A DNA stretch of 56,770 nt from a virus. Its lineage: Duplodnaviria; Caudoviricetes. Both the position numbers and the translations under genes were made by a program. The notes under the pieces were generated by a model. That model did no database searches, was not told the DNA's origin, and was given only the letters and a program-made list of their open reading frames with translations. Shown here in pieces: positions 36,178-45,487 of this stretch; within the stretch, counting starts at the first letter, position 1; each line of letters starts with the position of its first letter. Location of the stretch: the IMG/VR virus record IMGVR_UViG_3300037423_000513, positions 1 to 56,770 of that record. One strand, written 5' to 3'.

Positions 36178-36733
36178 CAAGACATGCACATCGTGCAGAA
36201 ATGAATTACCTCTTGATAGCTTCCATATCAATCGGAAGGGGAAGGGCGGCAGACAGGCAAGGTGCAAGGCTTGCACCAGCGCCTTGTACTACCAGCCCAA
36301 CAAGCAGTATGTGATCGAGTCGACGCGCTTGCGACGCTTAACCGACGAGGGAAAGGCGCGAGAGAAGGAATGGCGAAATGGGAGGCGCCGCAACAATCCT
36401 CTCGTTCGCATCGTCCAAGAGGCCAAGGTGCGTGCGACCAAGCGCGGGCTGCTGTTTTCGATTACAGCCGAGGATCTGTCGATTCCAGAGGTTTGCCCCG
36501 TCCTGAATATACCTATCGGGATGACGTATGGAGCGCGCTCAGATAACTCGCTCTCAATCGATCGAATTGACAGCAAGAAGGGGTACGTGAAGGGCAATGT
36601 TCGAATCATCAGCTGGAGGGCAAATAGACTCAAGAATGACGCCACACTCGACGAATTGCGCGCCATCGTCTCCTACATGGAGAACGCCCTTGGCGCTACT
36701 ACTGAAGTAGAACAACAGAGGGGGAGATCATGA
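36170..36733 (+). CDS. HNH endonuclease-like protein
   Basis: CTSC/CKAC Zn finger; SIDRIDSKKGYVKGNVRIISWRANRLK. Confidence 0.8.
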   Translation: MDSKTCTSCRNELPLDSFHINRKGKGGRQARCKACTSALYYQPNKQYVIESTRLRRLTDEGKAREKEWRNGRRRNNPLVRIVQEAKVRATKRGLLFSITAEDLSIPEVCPVLNIPIGMTYGARSDNSLSIDRIDSKKGYVKGNVRIISWRANRLKNDATLDELRAIVSYMENALGATTEVEQQRGRS

Positions 36734-37026
36734 GCTTCAAAGACAATCCAAAGTTTGCTGAATTACAGATCGAAGTAGAGCGCGACATCACGCCGGGATT
36801 ACCGGCAGTCCAGCGCGCAATCGAGTTCGTGCGCACTCGCGGCAGGGCGACATCGACCGAAGTTCATATCGTTCTGGGGCTCGATCCGGACGAACTGGCG
36901 TCGGTGCACCTTGCTGACGAGTTGGAGCGAGGTGTGCTGGTCAAGCAGGGTAATGAATGGACACTGGGTGCGGCGGCGCTGTCGTCGGTTGGTTTGATTG
37001 ATGTTGTTGAGCGGGAGGCAGCGTGA
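36730..37026 (+). CDS. Hypothetical protein (possible wHTH)
   Basis: Coupled ORF. Confidence 0.5.
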   Translation: MSFKDNPKFAELQIEVERDITPGLPAVQRAIEFVRTRGRATSTEVHIVLGLDPDELASVHLADELERGVLVKQGNEWTLGAAALSSVGLIDVVEREAA

Positions 37027-37451
37027 GCTATTGCAGATTCAGCAGTGACAATTGGAGGTCCGACGTCTACGTGTATGAGCACGTTAGCGGTGGCTTCGTC
37101 ACTCACGTGGCAGGCAATAAGCGGATCTTCCCGCCAATCCCTGAGATCCCACTCTCTTGGCTGCCTCGCTTTGGTGGCGAGTTTTCAATGGCGGAGCGGC
37201 GGGTTATCTACCCAAGTAGGTGGCATTCGTTCGCCGCCGGATGCTGTTACCGGGCATATGCGCTATCGCATCGCCTTAGCATGTGGTCGCTGAGCGTAAT
37301 CCCATCGAAGAATATCGGCCTTCCGCATGACGGTGCAGCATTCCATGATGAAACGGCGGGCGAATGCGCGGACCGCCTGCGAGACCTGCGCGCCATGGGT
37401 TATCACGTTCCTCAACACGCGATTGATGCGCTGACCGAGGAGGTAGCATGA
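37023..37451 (+). CDS. Conserved phage hypothetical protein
   Basis: MSYCRFS...SDVYVY...GYHVPQHAIDAL pattern. Confidence 0.6.
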   Translation: MSYCRFSSDNWRSDVYVYEHVSGGFVTHVAGNKRIFPPIPEIPLSWLPRFGGEFSMAERRVIYPSRWHSFAAGCCYRAYALSHRLSMWSLSVIPSKNIGLPHDGAAFHDETAGECADRLRDLRAMGYHVPQHAIDALTEEVA

Positions 37452-37798
37452 ACGCGCCAACCACCCAAGCAATCCTCGAAAAAGCTCCGCAAGCCGACAG
37501 CCCATTCGTCACCGTCATGAAGCTATGGGCGCGCTGGATGACACTAACCGACAGACAGCACGCTGGTGGCTGGGCTCATCCGCAAGACGTTAAGGAGTTC
37601 ATGCGCGCAGGGGAGGCGGTCGACACGATGGTTAACGATCTGCCAAGTTCGCACCGGTGGGCAATCTACCGGGCGTACGGCATCGCGACCGTGTGGCGGT
37701 TCCCGGCTTTGTCGCTTGCCGACGTCGTGATCGAGGCCGAAAATATTTTGACGCCGAGGATGCTGAGAAATGTTGACGTCAGGAGATATTTCAGTTAG
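37448..37798 (+). CDS. Late-gene antiterminator (Q-like)
   Basis: WARWM...EAVDTMVNDLP..HRWAIYRAY; position before late promoter and terminator. Confidence 0.65.
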   Translation: MNAPTTQAILEKAPQADSPFVTVMKLWARWMTLTDRQHAGGWAHPQDVKEFMRAGEAVDTMVNDLPSSHRWAIYRAYGIATVWRFPALSLADVVIEAENILTPRMLRNVDVRRYFS

Positions 37799-37801
37799 GC
37801 T
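37773..37801 (+). promoter_or_regulatory. Late promoter pR'-like
   Basis: TTGACG, 17 nt, TAGGCT. Confidence 0.65.
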
Positions 37802-37839
37802 ACTATTGCTAGATGTCACAACTGCGCTCTAGCGAAACG

Positions 37840-37870
37840 AAGCCCGCCCCGAAAGGTCAGCGGGTTTTTG
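37840..37870 (+). terminator. tR'-like terminator
   Basis: AGCCCGC-CCCGAAAGGTCA-GCGGGTT plus T tract. Confidence 0.65.
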
Positions 37871-38009
37871 TCGTTTACGGCGTCATCTAGTACACGGGCA
37901 ATAAACCCACTCTGGCACCGGCACGCCGCCAACTGCCGGTGACACCTAAATCATAGGAGTGAGCCATGAAGCGAGAAGGTATCGGTTTGGCTGACGGCAT
38001 CGGCGGCGC

Positions 38010-38240
38010 ATGAAAATCTCTATGTCCACCGTTCTGATCTACTTCGGCATGCTGATCTTCGATACTGCTGTACTTGGCGGCTTCGCCTACCTCGTTGCCG
38101 AGAGGGGCTGGTCGGCATGGTGGATGCTGTTGGCAGTCCTGATGTGCTCTGGATCGAATCCAAGCAAGATTATCGAAGCAAATAAGGAGGCGTCATGCGC
38201 AACGAAGGTGCAGGAATCGCCTGAAAATAAGGCCAAGTAG
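38010..38240 (+). CDS. Small two-TM membrane protein
   Basis: Hydrophobic ORF, GWSAWWMLLAVLM. Confidence 0.6.
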   Translation: MKISMSTVLIYFGMLIFDTAVLGGFAYLVAERGWSAWWMLLAVLMCSGSNPSKIIEANKEASCATKVQESPENKAK

Positions 38241-38283
38241 CGCGTAACTTCGGGAGAAGCGCGAGCCTAGGAGAGCCTAGGCG

Positions 38284-38352
38284 CCACACTGCTGTTGCCT
38301 GTTCTTCGGATTGGACCGAGTTTAGCGACGGGCGCAGGCAGCAGCAGTGTGG
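38284..38352 (+). ncRNA. 18-bp hairpin preceding tRNA-like elements
   Basis: CCACACTGCTGTTGCCTG / CAGGCAGCAGCAGTGTGG with one G-U pair. Confidence 0.55.
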
Positions 38353-38479
38353 TAAATGCGTAGGGAATTCCGGTTGATGACCGGCTAAGCCGTAGTCCAT
38401 TACGCCGTACGCGACGGCAAACTCCTCTTTAGAAGTAATGGCGACCACACGCTTCACTGGCGTAACCAGTGGCCACACA
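38347..38479 (+). ncRNA. tRNA-like element 1
   Basis: 7-bp closing stem GTGTGGT/GCCACAC, terminal hairpin CACTGG-CGTAA-CCAGTG, internal stems. Confidence 0.45.
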
Positions 38480-38574
38480 GAAGCGCGCGGCGTGGGTGGG
38501 TACACGCGGGTAGTGGAAAAGGATAGCGCTGTCCGCCATGATCCTAAATCCCCGTTCGACTCGGGGCCGCTTCA
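38480..38574 (+). ncRNA. tRNA-like element 2 (non-canonical anticodon arm)
   Basis: GAAGCG/CGCTTC acceptor, D-like arm GCGTG-GGTGGGTA-CACGC, canonical T arm CCCCG-TTCGACT-CGGGG. Confidence 0.6.
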
Positions 38575-38575
38575 G

Positions 38576-38698
38576 TGTGGTGAAAGCGCATAGCTGGTGC
38601 GCCTTAGTCCTTGAGCCGTCAATGCTGCAGCATTAAGGAAAGCGTGGGCCGAAAGGTCAGAGACGGACGCCGGAGATCAGCACCGGCCACCACAACCA
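38576..38698 (+). ncRNA. tRNA-like element 3 with encoded CCA
   Basis: TGTGGTG/CACCACA acceptor + A + CCA; GCGCA/TGCGC D-like arm; GCCGG/CCGGC T-like arm. Confidence 0.6.
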
Positions 38699-38729
38699 GT
38701 CTCCTCCAACCTACCAAGGCTTGGACTTT

Positions 38730-38767
38730 GCCGTGACCGCAGAAATGCGCTCGCGGCTTTTTTATTT
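38730..38767 (+). terminator. Terminator-like hairpin
   Basis: GCCGTGA...TCGCGGC followed by T tract. Confidence 0.55.
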
Positions 38768-38821
38768 AGAGGTTCGCCGCACGAAGCAGCGCGGATAGCC
38801 TCAACACGATTGAGGCAACCA

Positions 38822-41194
38822 ATGCCGTTCCCGCAAGAGCTAGTAGCCCCGACCTACGCGAAGGGCACGATGCCCGTTGGTACGCCGGTCAAAGTGTTCG
38901 CGCCGTATGTGGCGCCTGCATTTACCACGCCGGCAGTACCGCTGGGCGGAATCGTCACCAGCGTGACGCTGCAAAGCACGACAGCAATGGATCAGGCCAA
39001 TGTGCCGTTCACGTTTGGGCAGCCCTTCAAGCGCGGCGACCTGGCTCCGGACTGCGCTCTCGTCGGCGCGTTCGCTGGCAAGGCTGATCTGCCGCTGCAG
39101 GTGAACGTCAAGGCCACGCACGACGACGGTTCGGTGCGACATGCGATCATCAGCGGCGTGTTGCCGAGCCTGCCTGCCGGCGCGTCGGTGGTGATGGGGC
39201 TGAAACGCGCTGCTCGCGTAGTGGATGGCGGAAGCATGTCGTTACCCGCCTCGCTGCCGGCTGTCGCCTTGAATATTGCAGGTGTCGCATACACGGCAAC
39301 GCCTAGGGCCAGCGCTTTTACCTGCGTCTGGCTGGCCGGTTCGCTACTAACTGACTATGTGGCGAACGTGCCATTCGTCGACGCGTCTGGGAGCGCGCAC
39401 CCGACGCTGACCGCGCAATTTTCCGTTCGCTCCTACAGCTCCGGTGCCGTCCGCGTGGATGCCATCATCGAGCACTGCAAAGCCTACGCTTCGACTACCG
39501 ACGTCACCTACGACGTCACTATCGCAGCCAATGGCGCGACTGTGTACAGCCAAACCGGCCTTGTGCACACCCCGTGCGCTCGTTGGAAGAAATCGTTCTG
39601 GTACGGCACCGCCCCGGCTCTGCACATCAAGCACGACACCGCATACCTGATCGCGTCTCGCGCTGTGCCGAACTACGACCAGGGCATCAAGATCCCGGAA
39701 TCCGTGCTGGCCGGGTACGCGACGCAACTCGCGAGCGGCAAGTTCGCTCCGATGAGCTTTGGTAACCTGCAGCCAGCAATGCCGACGACAGGCGGGCGTC
39801 CTGATCTCGGCATCATGCCCGATACCTACGTCGCAGCAGTCCTCTCGATGGACAAGCGCGCCAAGGACATCATGCTCGCTTCCGCCGATGTGGCGGGAAG
39901 CTGGGCTGCGCATCGCCGCGACGACAGCAGCGGCCCGATGAAGGGCATGCCGCTCAGTGTCCTGTGCTTCCCGTACGCCACGGTCTACGGTAGCTCAGGA
40001 GACTGCGCAAACCCGATGACGGGCAAAAACGAATATCTGCCGAAGCTGGTAACGACGTCGAAGGGCAACTTCGACAGCAGCCACCAGCCCGGGTTGTACT
40101 ACCTGCCGTACCTCCTGACCGGTGATTTCTACTACCTCGAAGGCCTGCACTTCTGGTGCGCCTGGAACGCCTACAACTCGAACTGCGCTTACCGCGGCTA
40201 CGAGAAGGGGCTGGTGACTCCGGACCAGATGCGCGGCCAAGGCTGGAGCCTACGCACGCTCGCCGAATGTGCCGCAATCACACCAGACGACTGGCCGACA
40301 AAGCAGCAGTACGTGTACTGGTACGAGAGCAATATGAAGTGGTATCTGGACACGTATCTGGATGCCACAAACCCCATCTACGCCAACCAGCTCGGCATCA
40401 TCACGAATGGTGCGGTCGTCTACCCAATCAATGGCGTCGGCAGCACCGGTATCGCGCCGTGGCAAGACGACTTCTTCACGCAGGCCCTCGGTCATAGCGT
40501 CGAGTTGTTGGGCTACGACTCGGCTAAATGCCTCCTGAAGTGGAAGGCCAAATTTCAGGTCGGCCGGATGATCGGCGATGGCGTCTGTCAGATGGACGCG
40601 GCAGTGTATTCGCTCGGAGTGCGCTCGACCGCCACCTCGCCTTATTTTGCATCCCTGGCCGAGTGCTACAAGTTCACGCTGTCCGCAGACATGCAGACGT
40701 ATGCGTGCAACTCGCCCGAGCGCATTGCAGTCGTACTGAAAGAGCGTGGAGATACCATCAAGGCAGGGGATGTAGCTGGATATGCAACCAGTACCGAGGG
40801 CTACCCGGCAAACTATCAGCCGGCACTGGCCGCAGCTGTCGATTCCGGTTACACGGACGGCCTGAAAGCCTGGAGCATGTTCGCAGCACGACCGACCAAG
40901 CCGGATTACAGCACTGGCGCACAGTTCGCCATTTTGCCGCGACTGGTAACGGAAGCTGTGACCGCTCCAGCTCCAGCTCCAAGCCCAACGCCAGTACCTG
41001 CGCCGACTCCCATGCCCGACCCAGCCCCGATCCCTGTCGTTACCGTCCGCTACCAAGAGGCCAAGGCTGTCGATGTGATGGCAGCTTACGCCAAGAGCCT
41101 GACTGTTCCGACCGGCGAGACGGTATCTGGCAGCGACTGGTTCTTTGACGCAGCCAAGGGCGTTGTCGTCTTCAAGGTTACGACCACGAAGTAA
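38822..41194 (+). CDS. Free-standing paralog of the tail protein's PcRGLX/YetA-like domain, with Pro-rich linker
   Basis: Long collinear similarity to the part of 727..5337 encoded at about 2310-4290 (e.g. LQPAMPTTGGRPDLGIMPDTYV identical). Confidence 0.8.
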   Translation: MPFPQELVAPTYAKGTMPVGTPVKVFAPYVAPAFTTPAVPLGGIVTSVTLQSTTAMDQANVPFTFGQPFKRGDLAPDCALVGAFAGKADLPLQVNVKATHDDGSVRHAIISGVLPSLPAGASVVMGLKRAARVVDGGSMSLPASLPAVALNIAGVAYTATPRASAFTCVWLAGSLLTDYVANVPFVDASGSAHPTLTAQFSVRSYSSGAVRVDAIIEHCKAYASTTDVTYDVTIAANGATVYSQTGLVHTPCARWKKSFWYGTAPALHIKHDTAYLIASRAVPNYDQGIKIPESVLAGYATQLASGKFAPMSFGNLQPAMPTTGGRPDLGIMPDTYVAAVLSMDKRAKDIMLASADVAGSWAAHRRDDSSGPMKGMPLSVLCFPYATVYGSSGDCANPMTGKNEYLPKLVTTSKGNFDSSHQPGLYYLPYLLTGDFYYLEGLHFWCAWNAYNSNCAYRGYEKGLVTPDQMRGQGWSLRTLAECAAITPDDWPTKQQYVYWYESNMKWYLDTYLDATNPIYANQLGIITNGAVVYPINGVGSTGIAPWQDDFFTQALGHSVELLGYDSAKCLLKWKAKFQVGRMIGDGVCQMDAAVYSLGVRSTATSPYFASLAECYKFTLSADMQTYACNSPERIAVVLKERGDTIKAGDVAGYATSTEGYPANYQPALAAAVDSGYTDGLKAWSMFAARPTKPDYSTGAQFAILPRLVTEAVTAPAPAPSPTPVPAPTPMPDPAPIPVVTVRYQEAKAVDVMAAYAKSLTVPTGETVSGSDWFFDAAKGVVVFKVTTTK

Positions 41195-41200
41195 CAGATC

Positions 41201-41461
41201 ATGACCGCCAGCTTCGACATCTTCCGCTCCCAAATAATCCATGCCGTGACTGGAAAGGAACATGTCGCTGTTGAGAATCCAGGCGCGTTGGACCGCTTTT
41301 GCCAGCGCTTAGTAGAAGCGGAAGAAGTGCACACGATCCTGAAAAACTGCGGTTATGGTTGTTCGTGGAGTTCGTTTGTGGAGCGAGCCAGGCTGATACC
41401 TGATTCGACAACCATGTTGATACGGGCGAAGAAGCGGCGCGAAGATAGTCGAGACGTTTGA
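41201..41461 (+). CDS. Hypothetical protein
   Basis: ORF between paralog and terminase. Confidence 0.5.
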   Translation: MTASFDIFRSQIIHAVTGKEHVAVENPGALDRFCQRLVEAEEVHTILKNCGYGCSWSSFVERARLIPDSTTMLIRAKKRREDSRDV

Positions 41462-41505
41462 TATTTGGTCGTCGAGGTGAATTTCTAAAGTAGATAGGAA
41501 TAGAA

Positions 41506-41817
41506 ATGGTAGGACGCCCCAAGGGACTGCCCAAGACCGGTGGTCGAGCGAAGGGCGTGACCAACAAAGTAGCGGCCGACATAAAGGCGCTTGCACAGGA
41601 ACATGGACCCGACGCCGTGAAGACACTTGCCGAGATTATGAAAGACGTCTCGGTCTCGCCAGCAGCCCGTGTCGCTGCCGCCAAGGAGTTGATCGACCGC
41701 GGATACGGCAAGGCGATGCAGACAACGGAGCTTACCGGCAAGGACGGCGCGCCGTTCCAATCCGGCCCGCCAGTGATCCAGATCCTCCGGTATGACGACG
41801 CAAATCCGGCTGAGTGA
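41506..41817 (+). CDS. terS: Terminase small subunit
   Basis: GRPKG..KTGGRAKG, ARVAAAKELIDRGYGK, ELTGKDGAP; overlaps terL. Confidence 0.75.
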   Translation: MVGRPKGLPKTGGRAKGVTNKVAADIKALAQEHGPDAVKTLAEIMKDVSVSPAARVAAAKELIDRGYGKAMQTTELTGKDGAPFQSGPPVIQILRYDDANPAE

Positions 41818-43054
41818 CCCTCAGTTCGAGTTCGTCACGTGCGCGGACCAGTTCCCAGCATTTGTCGCCGGCTTCGGTAGCGGCAAGACGCACGCCGCCG
41901 TAACGCGCTCGCTGATCAAGAAGCTCGCATACCCGGGGCAGAACATCGCCTACTACCTGCCGACCTTCGACCTGGTGCGCAATATCGGCTTTCCGCGCTT
42001 TGCGGAGATGCTCGAGCAGCATCAGGTGCCGTACCGGATCAACAAGTCCAACGCAGTGATCGAGCTAGAGAACGCTGGCGAGATCATCTTCCGCACGATG
42101 GACACGCCGGAGCGCATCGTTGGCTACGAGGTGGCAGATAGCCTCGTCGACGAGCTGGACACACTCAAGCCGACGCAGGCTAAGGAAGTCTGGAACAAAA
42201 TCATCAGCCGTAACCGGCAGAAGAAGCCGGATGGATCGCTGAACACCGTAGGGGTGGCGACGACCCCTGAGGGCTTCCGCTTCGTCTACGAGCGCTGGAA
42301 GAAAACGAGCGCGCCAGGGTATCGGCTGATCAAGGCAAGCACCTACAGTAACAGCCGGAACCTTCCGGAAGGCTATATCGACAGCCTAAAGGCGTCGTAC
42401 CCGAGCAATCTACTGGCCGCCTACCTGGACGGCGAGTTCGTCAACCTGACCTCCGGCAGCGTCTACGCCGAGTTCGACCGCGTGAAGAACGCAACGGGCG
42501 AAACGATCAAGGACGGCGAGACGCTTCACATTGGCATGGACTTCAACGTCGGCCAGATGGCTGCGGTGATCTTCGTGATGCGTGACGGAGATCCGCACGC
42601 GGTGATGGAGCACGTCGAGATACTCGATACGCCTGCGATGGCCGCAGTGCTGCGCGCCCGATACAAGGACTGCGGCCACAGCATCATGGTCTATCCCGAC
42701 GCCTCTGGTAATAGCCGCAAATCCAACAACGCATCCGAATCCGACTTGGCTGTATTGAAGCAGGCCGGCTTCCAGGTATGCGTCAACAGCCGCAATCCAG
42801 CCGTCAAGGATCGCGTGCTCAGCTACAACAAGATGATTCATAGCGAGGGAATCAGGCGCTTCCGCGTGAACGTTGACACCTGTCCGCACCTGGTGGAATC
42901 GCTCGAGAAGCAGGCGTACGACAAGAACGGTGAGCCGGACAAGTCTGGCGGCCTGGATCACGTACTCGACGCCTCCGGCTATTTCATCGTCTACAAGTAC
43001 CCGCTGATCGTGCGGCCGGCGATGAGCATGAACCTACGTAGCGCAACCAACTGA
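41792..43054 (+). CDS. terL: Terminase large subunit
   Basis: AGFGSGKT Walker A, VDE Walker B, TTPEG, GMDFN nuclease motif, DHVLDA. Confidence 0.95.
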   Translation: MTTQIRLSDPQFEFVTCADQFPAFVAGFGSGKTHAAVTRSLIKKLAYPGQNIAYYLPTFDLVRNIGFPRFAEMLEQHQVPYRINKSNAVIELENAGEIIFRTMDTPERIVGYEVADSLVDELDTLKPTQAKEVWNKIISRNRQKKPDGSLNTVGVATTPEGFRFVYERWKKTSAPGYRLIKASTYSNSRNLPEGYIDSLKASYPSNLLAAYLDGEFVNLTSGSVYAEFDRVKNATGETIKDGETLHIGMDFNVGQMAAVIFVMRDGDPHAVMEHVEILDTPAMAAVLRARYKDCGHSIMVYPDASGNSRKSNNASESDLAVLKQAGFQVCVNSRNPAVKDRVLSYNKMIHSEGIRRFRVNVDTCPHLVESLEKQAYDKNGEPDKSGGLDHVLDASGYFIVYKYPLIVRPAMSMNLRSATN

Positions 43055-43062
43055 CCGAACCC

Positions 43063-44496
43063 ATGGCCGATAACGACATCACTTACAACCGCATCCCGGC
43101 CAAAGTGCTTAAGCGGTGGAAGACAGTACGCGATGTGTGCGGGGACGGAGAAGAGTTACGCGACCCTAAAGCCGATTACCTGCCTTATCTAAATAGGGAC
43201 GACACGTCGGACGAGAATATCGAGCGTAATCGCGCCTATCGAGAGCGCGCAGTTCTGTACGGCGCAACCGGTTTTACGCTGGCCGGCTTAATCGGCCTGG
43301 CGTTCCGTCACCAACCAAAGCACGCGTTGCCAGAGAAGTTGAAATACCTGCTCAAGAATGCGGACGGAGCAGGCGTTAGCATCTACCAGCAGTCGCAGGC
43401 TGCACTAGCGAACGTGCTTGGACCGGGGCGCCATGGTCTGTACACCGATTTCAGCAGTGAGCTTAAACGCCCTAATATCAAGGCGTATCTGGCCGAAGAC
43501 ATCATAAATTGGCGCCATAAGACTGTTGGCGGGAAAACCGTCCTATCGCTAGTGGTGCTTCGCGAGGACATACAGGTAGAAGACGGCTACGCAACCAACA
43601 CTGAATCGCAGTGGCGCGAGCTGTTCTTGAACGACAAGGGCCAATGCGCCTGCCGACTCTGGCAGCTTGACGACGCAAAAAAGCCCGTTGTCGTCCTGGT
43701 TCAAGACGCCGAAGGAAGGATGGTCAGCGAATTGGTGCTTCGTTCTGTGAAAGCGCCTCTCGACTACATCCCATTCGAGTTCGTCGGCAGTCAGAATAAC
43801 GACGCTTCGATCGATGAAAGCCCGCTCTACAGCCTGGCAAAGGTCAATGTCGGTCATTTCCGCAATTCTGCCGACTACGAAGACGCGGCTTTCATGCACG
43901 GCCAGTCGCAGTTCTGGATATCCGGCCTGACCGAAGAGTGGCGCGACCACCTCGAGAAACAGGGCATGTACATTGGCGCACGTAAGCCCATGCTGCTGCC
44001 GGTCGATGGTGCGTGCGGGTTCGCCCAGGCGCAGCCGAACATGGTTGCCAAGGAGGCGATGGAGCACAAAGAGGCGCAAATGGTTGCGCTCGGCGCTCGT
44101 CTGATCGACAAGAAGTCGGCCGTGAAGACGGCAACGCAGTCCGAAGGCGAGCGCGAGGCGTCGACCTCGATCCTGGCGCTGTGCGTATCGAACGTGAGCG
44201 AGGCGTACCAGCGCTCGATCCGTTCCTGCGCACGTTATCTCGACATCACTTTGCCAGAAGGCGAAGACCTGTTCGAGATTAACCAGGACTTCACGACCGT
44301 CTCCAACGACCCGCTGACGATCTCCGCGCTTGTGGGCGCGTGGCAGCAAGGGTTGATGGCAAAAGAGGACGTGCGCAGCTACTTCCGGCGCCAGGGAACA
44401 ATCGATCCCGAGCGTACTGACGAGCAGATCGACGCGGATCTCAAGAAATCGCCGCCACCCACGCCAGCCGCGGAGAAAGCGCTGACACCTGAATGA
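43063..44496 (+). CDS. Portal protein (DUF4055-type)
   Basis: Follows terL; HFRNSADYE and LGARL motifs. Confidence 0.85.
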   Translation: MADNDITYNRIPAKVLKRWKTVRDVCGDGEELRDPKADYLPYLNRDDTSDENIERNRAYRERAVLYGATGFTLAGLIGLAFRHQPKHALPEKLKYLLKNADGAGVSIYQQSQAALANVLGPGRHGLYTDFSSELKRPNIKAYLAEDIINWRHKTVGGKTVLSLVVLREDIQVEDGYATNTESQWRELFLNDKGQCACRLWQLDDAKKPVVVLVQDAEGRMVSELVLRSVKAPLDYIPFEFVGSQNNDASIDESPLYSLAKVNVGHFRNSADYEDAAFMHGQSQFWISGLTEEWRDHLEKQGMYIGARKPMLLPVDGACGFAQAQPNMVAKEAMEHKEAQMVALGARLIDKKSAVKTATQSEGEREASTSILALCVSNVSEAYQRSIRSCARYLDITLPEGEDLFEINQDFTTVSNDPLTISALVGAWQQGLMAKEDVRSYFRRQGTIDPERTDEQIDADLKKSPPPTPAAEKALTPE

Positions 44497-44673
44497 TTTT
44501 GCACGCTGGCGAGGCCGCCAACCAATGAGGCCGTCAGCCTCGTAGCCACTTGACGCTATCACTGGGATTTGCACCCCGGCGCAAGTCAAGACCAATTTTC
44601 AGCCTCGGTTAAGCCGGGGCTTTTTTTGTTATCCGGCCTAAGGCCAACTATCAACCTATCCCAAGGGGATCAC

Positions 44674-45444
44674 ATGTACCGTCCTAATCTTTTCGGCAAA
44701 ACCTATCGTAACGAGGCTGATGGTAACGGCGATGGTGGCGGTGGCCCGGCAATTACTCCGGAGCTGCAAGCCATCATCGACGCCAAAGTCAACGATGCTG
44801 TTACCGGGCTTAAGGCCAAGAACAGCGAGCTGATCGGCAAGCTGAAAGACGCGTCAACCAACCTGCAACGCTTCGACGGTATCGATCCAGACGCCGTGCG
44901 TACCATCCTGGCGAAATTCGCCGACGATGAGGAAGCGGGCCTGATCAAGTCAGGCAAGATTGATGAGGTGCTCAACAAGCGCACCGAGCGCATGCAGGCT
45001 GAGAACGCCAAGGCATTGAAAGCCGAGCAGGAAAAGTACGAGCGCGCCGAATCGAAAGCTTCGAAGCTGGCCGCACGCACCCTGTCCGCCGCGATCAAGG
45101 ACGCCGGCATCAAATCCGGAGCCTACCCGGAAGCGCTCGACGACATCGTTCTGCGCGGTCAGAACCTCTGGCGCCTGAACGACGACGGCGAGCCGGTTGC
45201 GATGAATGGCGATGAAGTCGTGCTCAGCAAGGACGGCAAGACCCCGCTCACTCCGCTGGAGTGGGCTGAATCCCTACGGGAATCCGCACCGCATCTGTGG
45301 CCCAAGGCCCAGGGCAGCAACGCACCAGGCAGCAACGGCGACAAAGGCGCACCGAAGAAGGGTAAGGCCCCGGAGCGCAAGGATTTCGCTGACGACGTCT
45401 CTTATATGAAGGCGGCAGCACGCTATCACGCGGCAGCCGACTAA
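44674..45444 (+). CDS. Capsid scaffolding protein
   Basis: GLKAKNSELIG coiled coil; APHLWPKAQGS. Confidence 0.8.
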   Translation: MYRPNLFGKTYRNEADGNGDGGGGPAITPELQAIIDAKVNDAVTGLKAKNSELIGKLKDASTNLQRFDGIDPDAVRTILAKFADDEEAGLIKSGKIDEVLNKRTERMQAENAKALKAEQEKYERAESKASKLAARTLSAAIKDAGIKSGAYPEALDDIVLRGQNLWRLNDDGEPVAMNGDEVVLSKDGKTPLTPLEWAESLRESAPHLWPKAQGSNAPGSNGDKGAPKKGKAPERKDFADDVSYMKAAARYHAAAD

Positions 45445-45487
45445 CCAATTACTGCCCTTGATAGGGCGACTCTGAAAGGTCAGCAAC

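Noticed and set aside
38365-38400. Hammerhead ribozyme (TGATGA core-like)
   Set aside because: Reads TTGATGA rather than CTGATGA and lacks the GAAA after stem II
38480-38574. Canonical tRNA gene
   Set aside because: T arm is canonical but there is no 5-bp stem with a 7-nt anticodon loop, so no anticodon can be assigned
38822-41194. Diversity-generating retroelement template/variable repeat for the duplicated tail domain
   Set aside because: No reverse transcriptase in the window; differences are spread over synonymous sites of all bases, not adenine-specific
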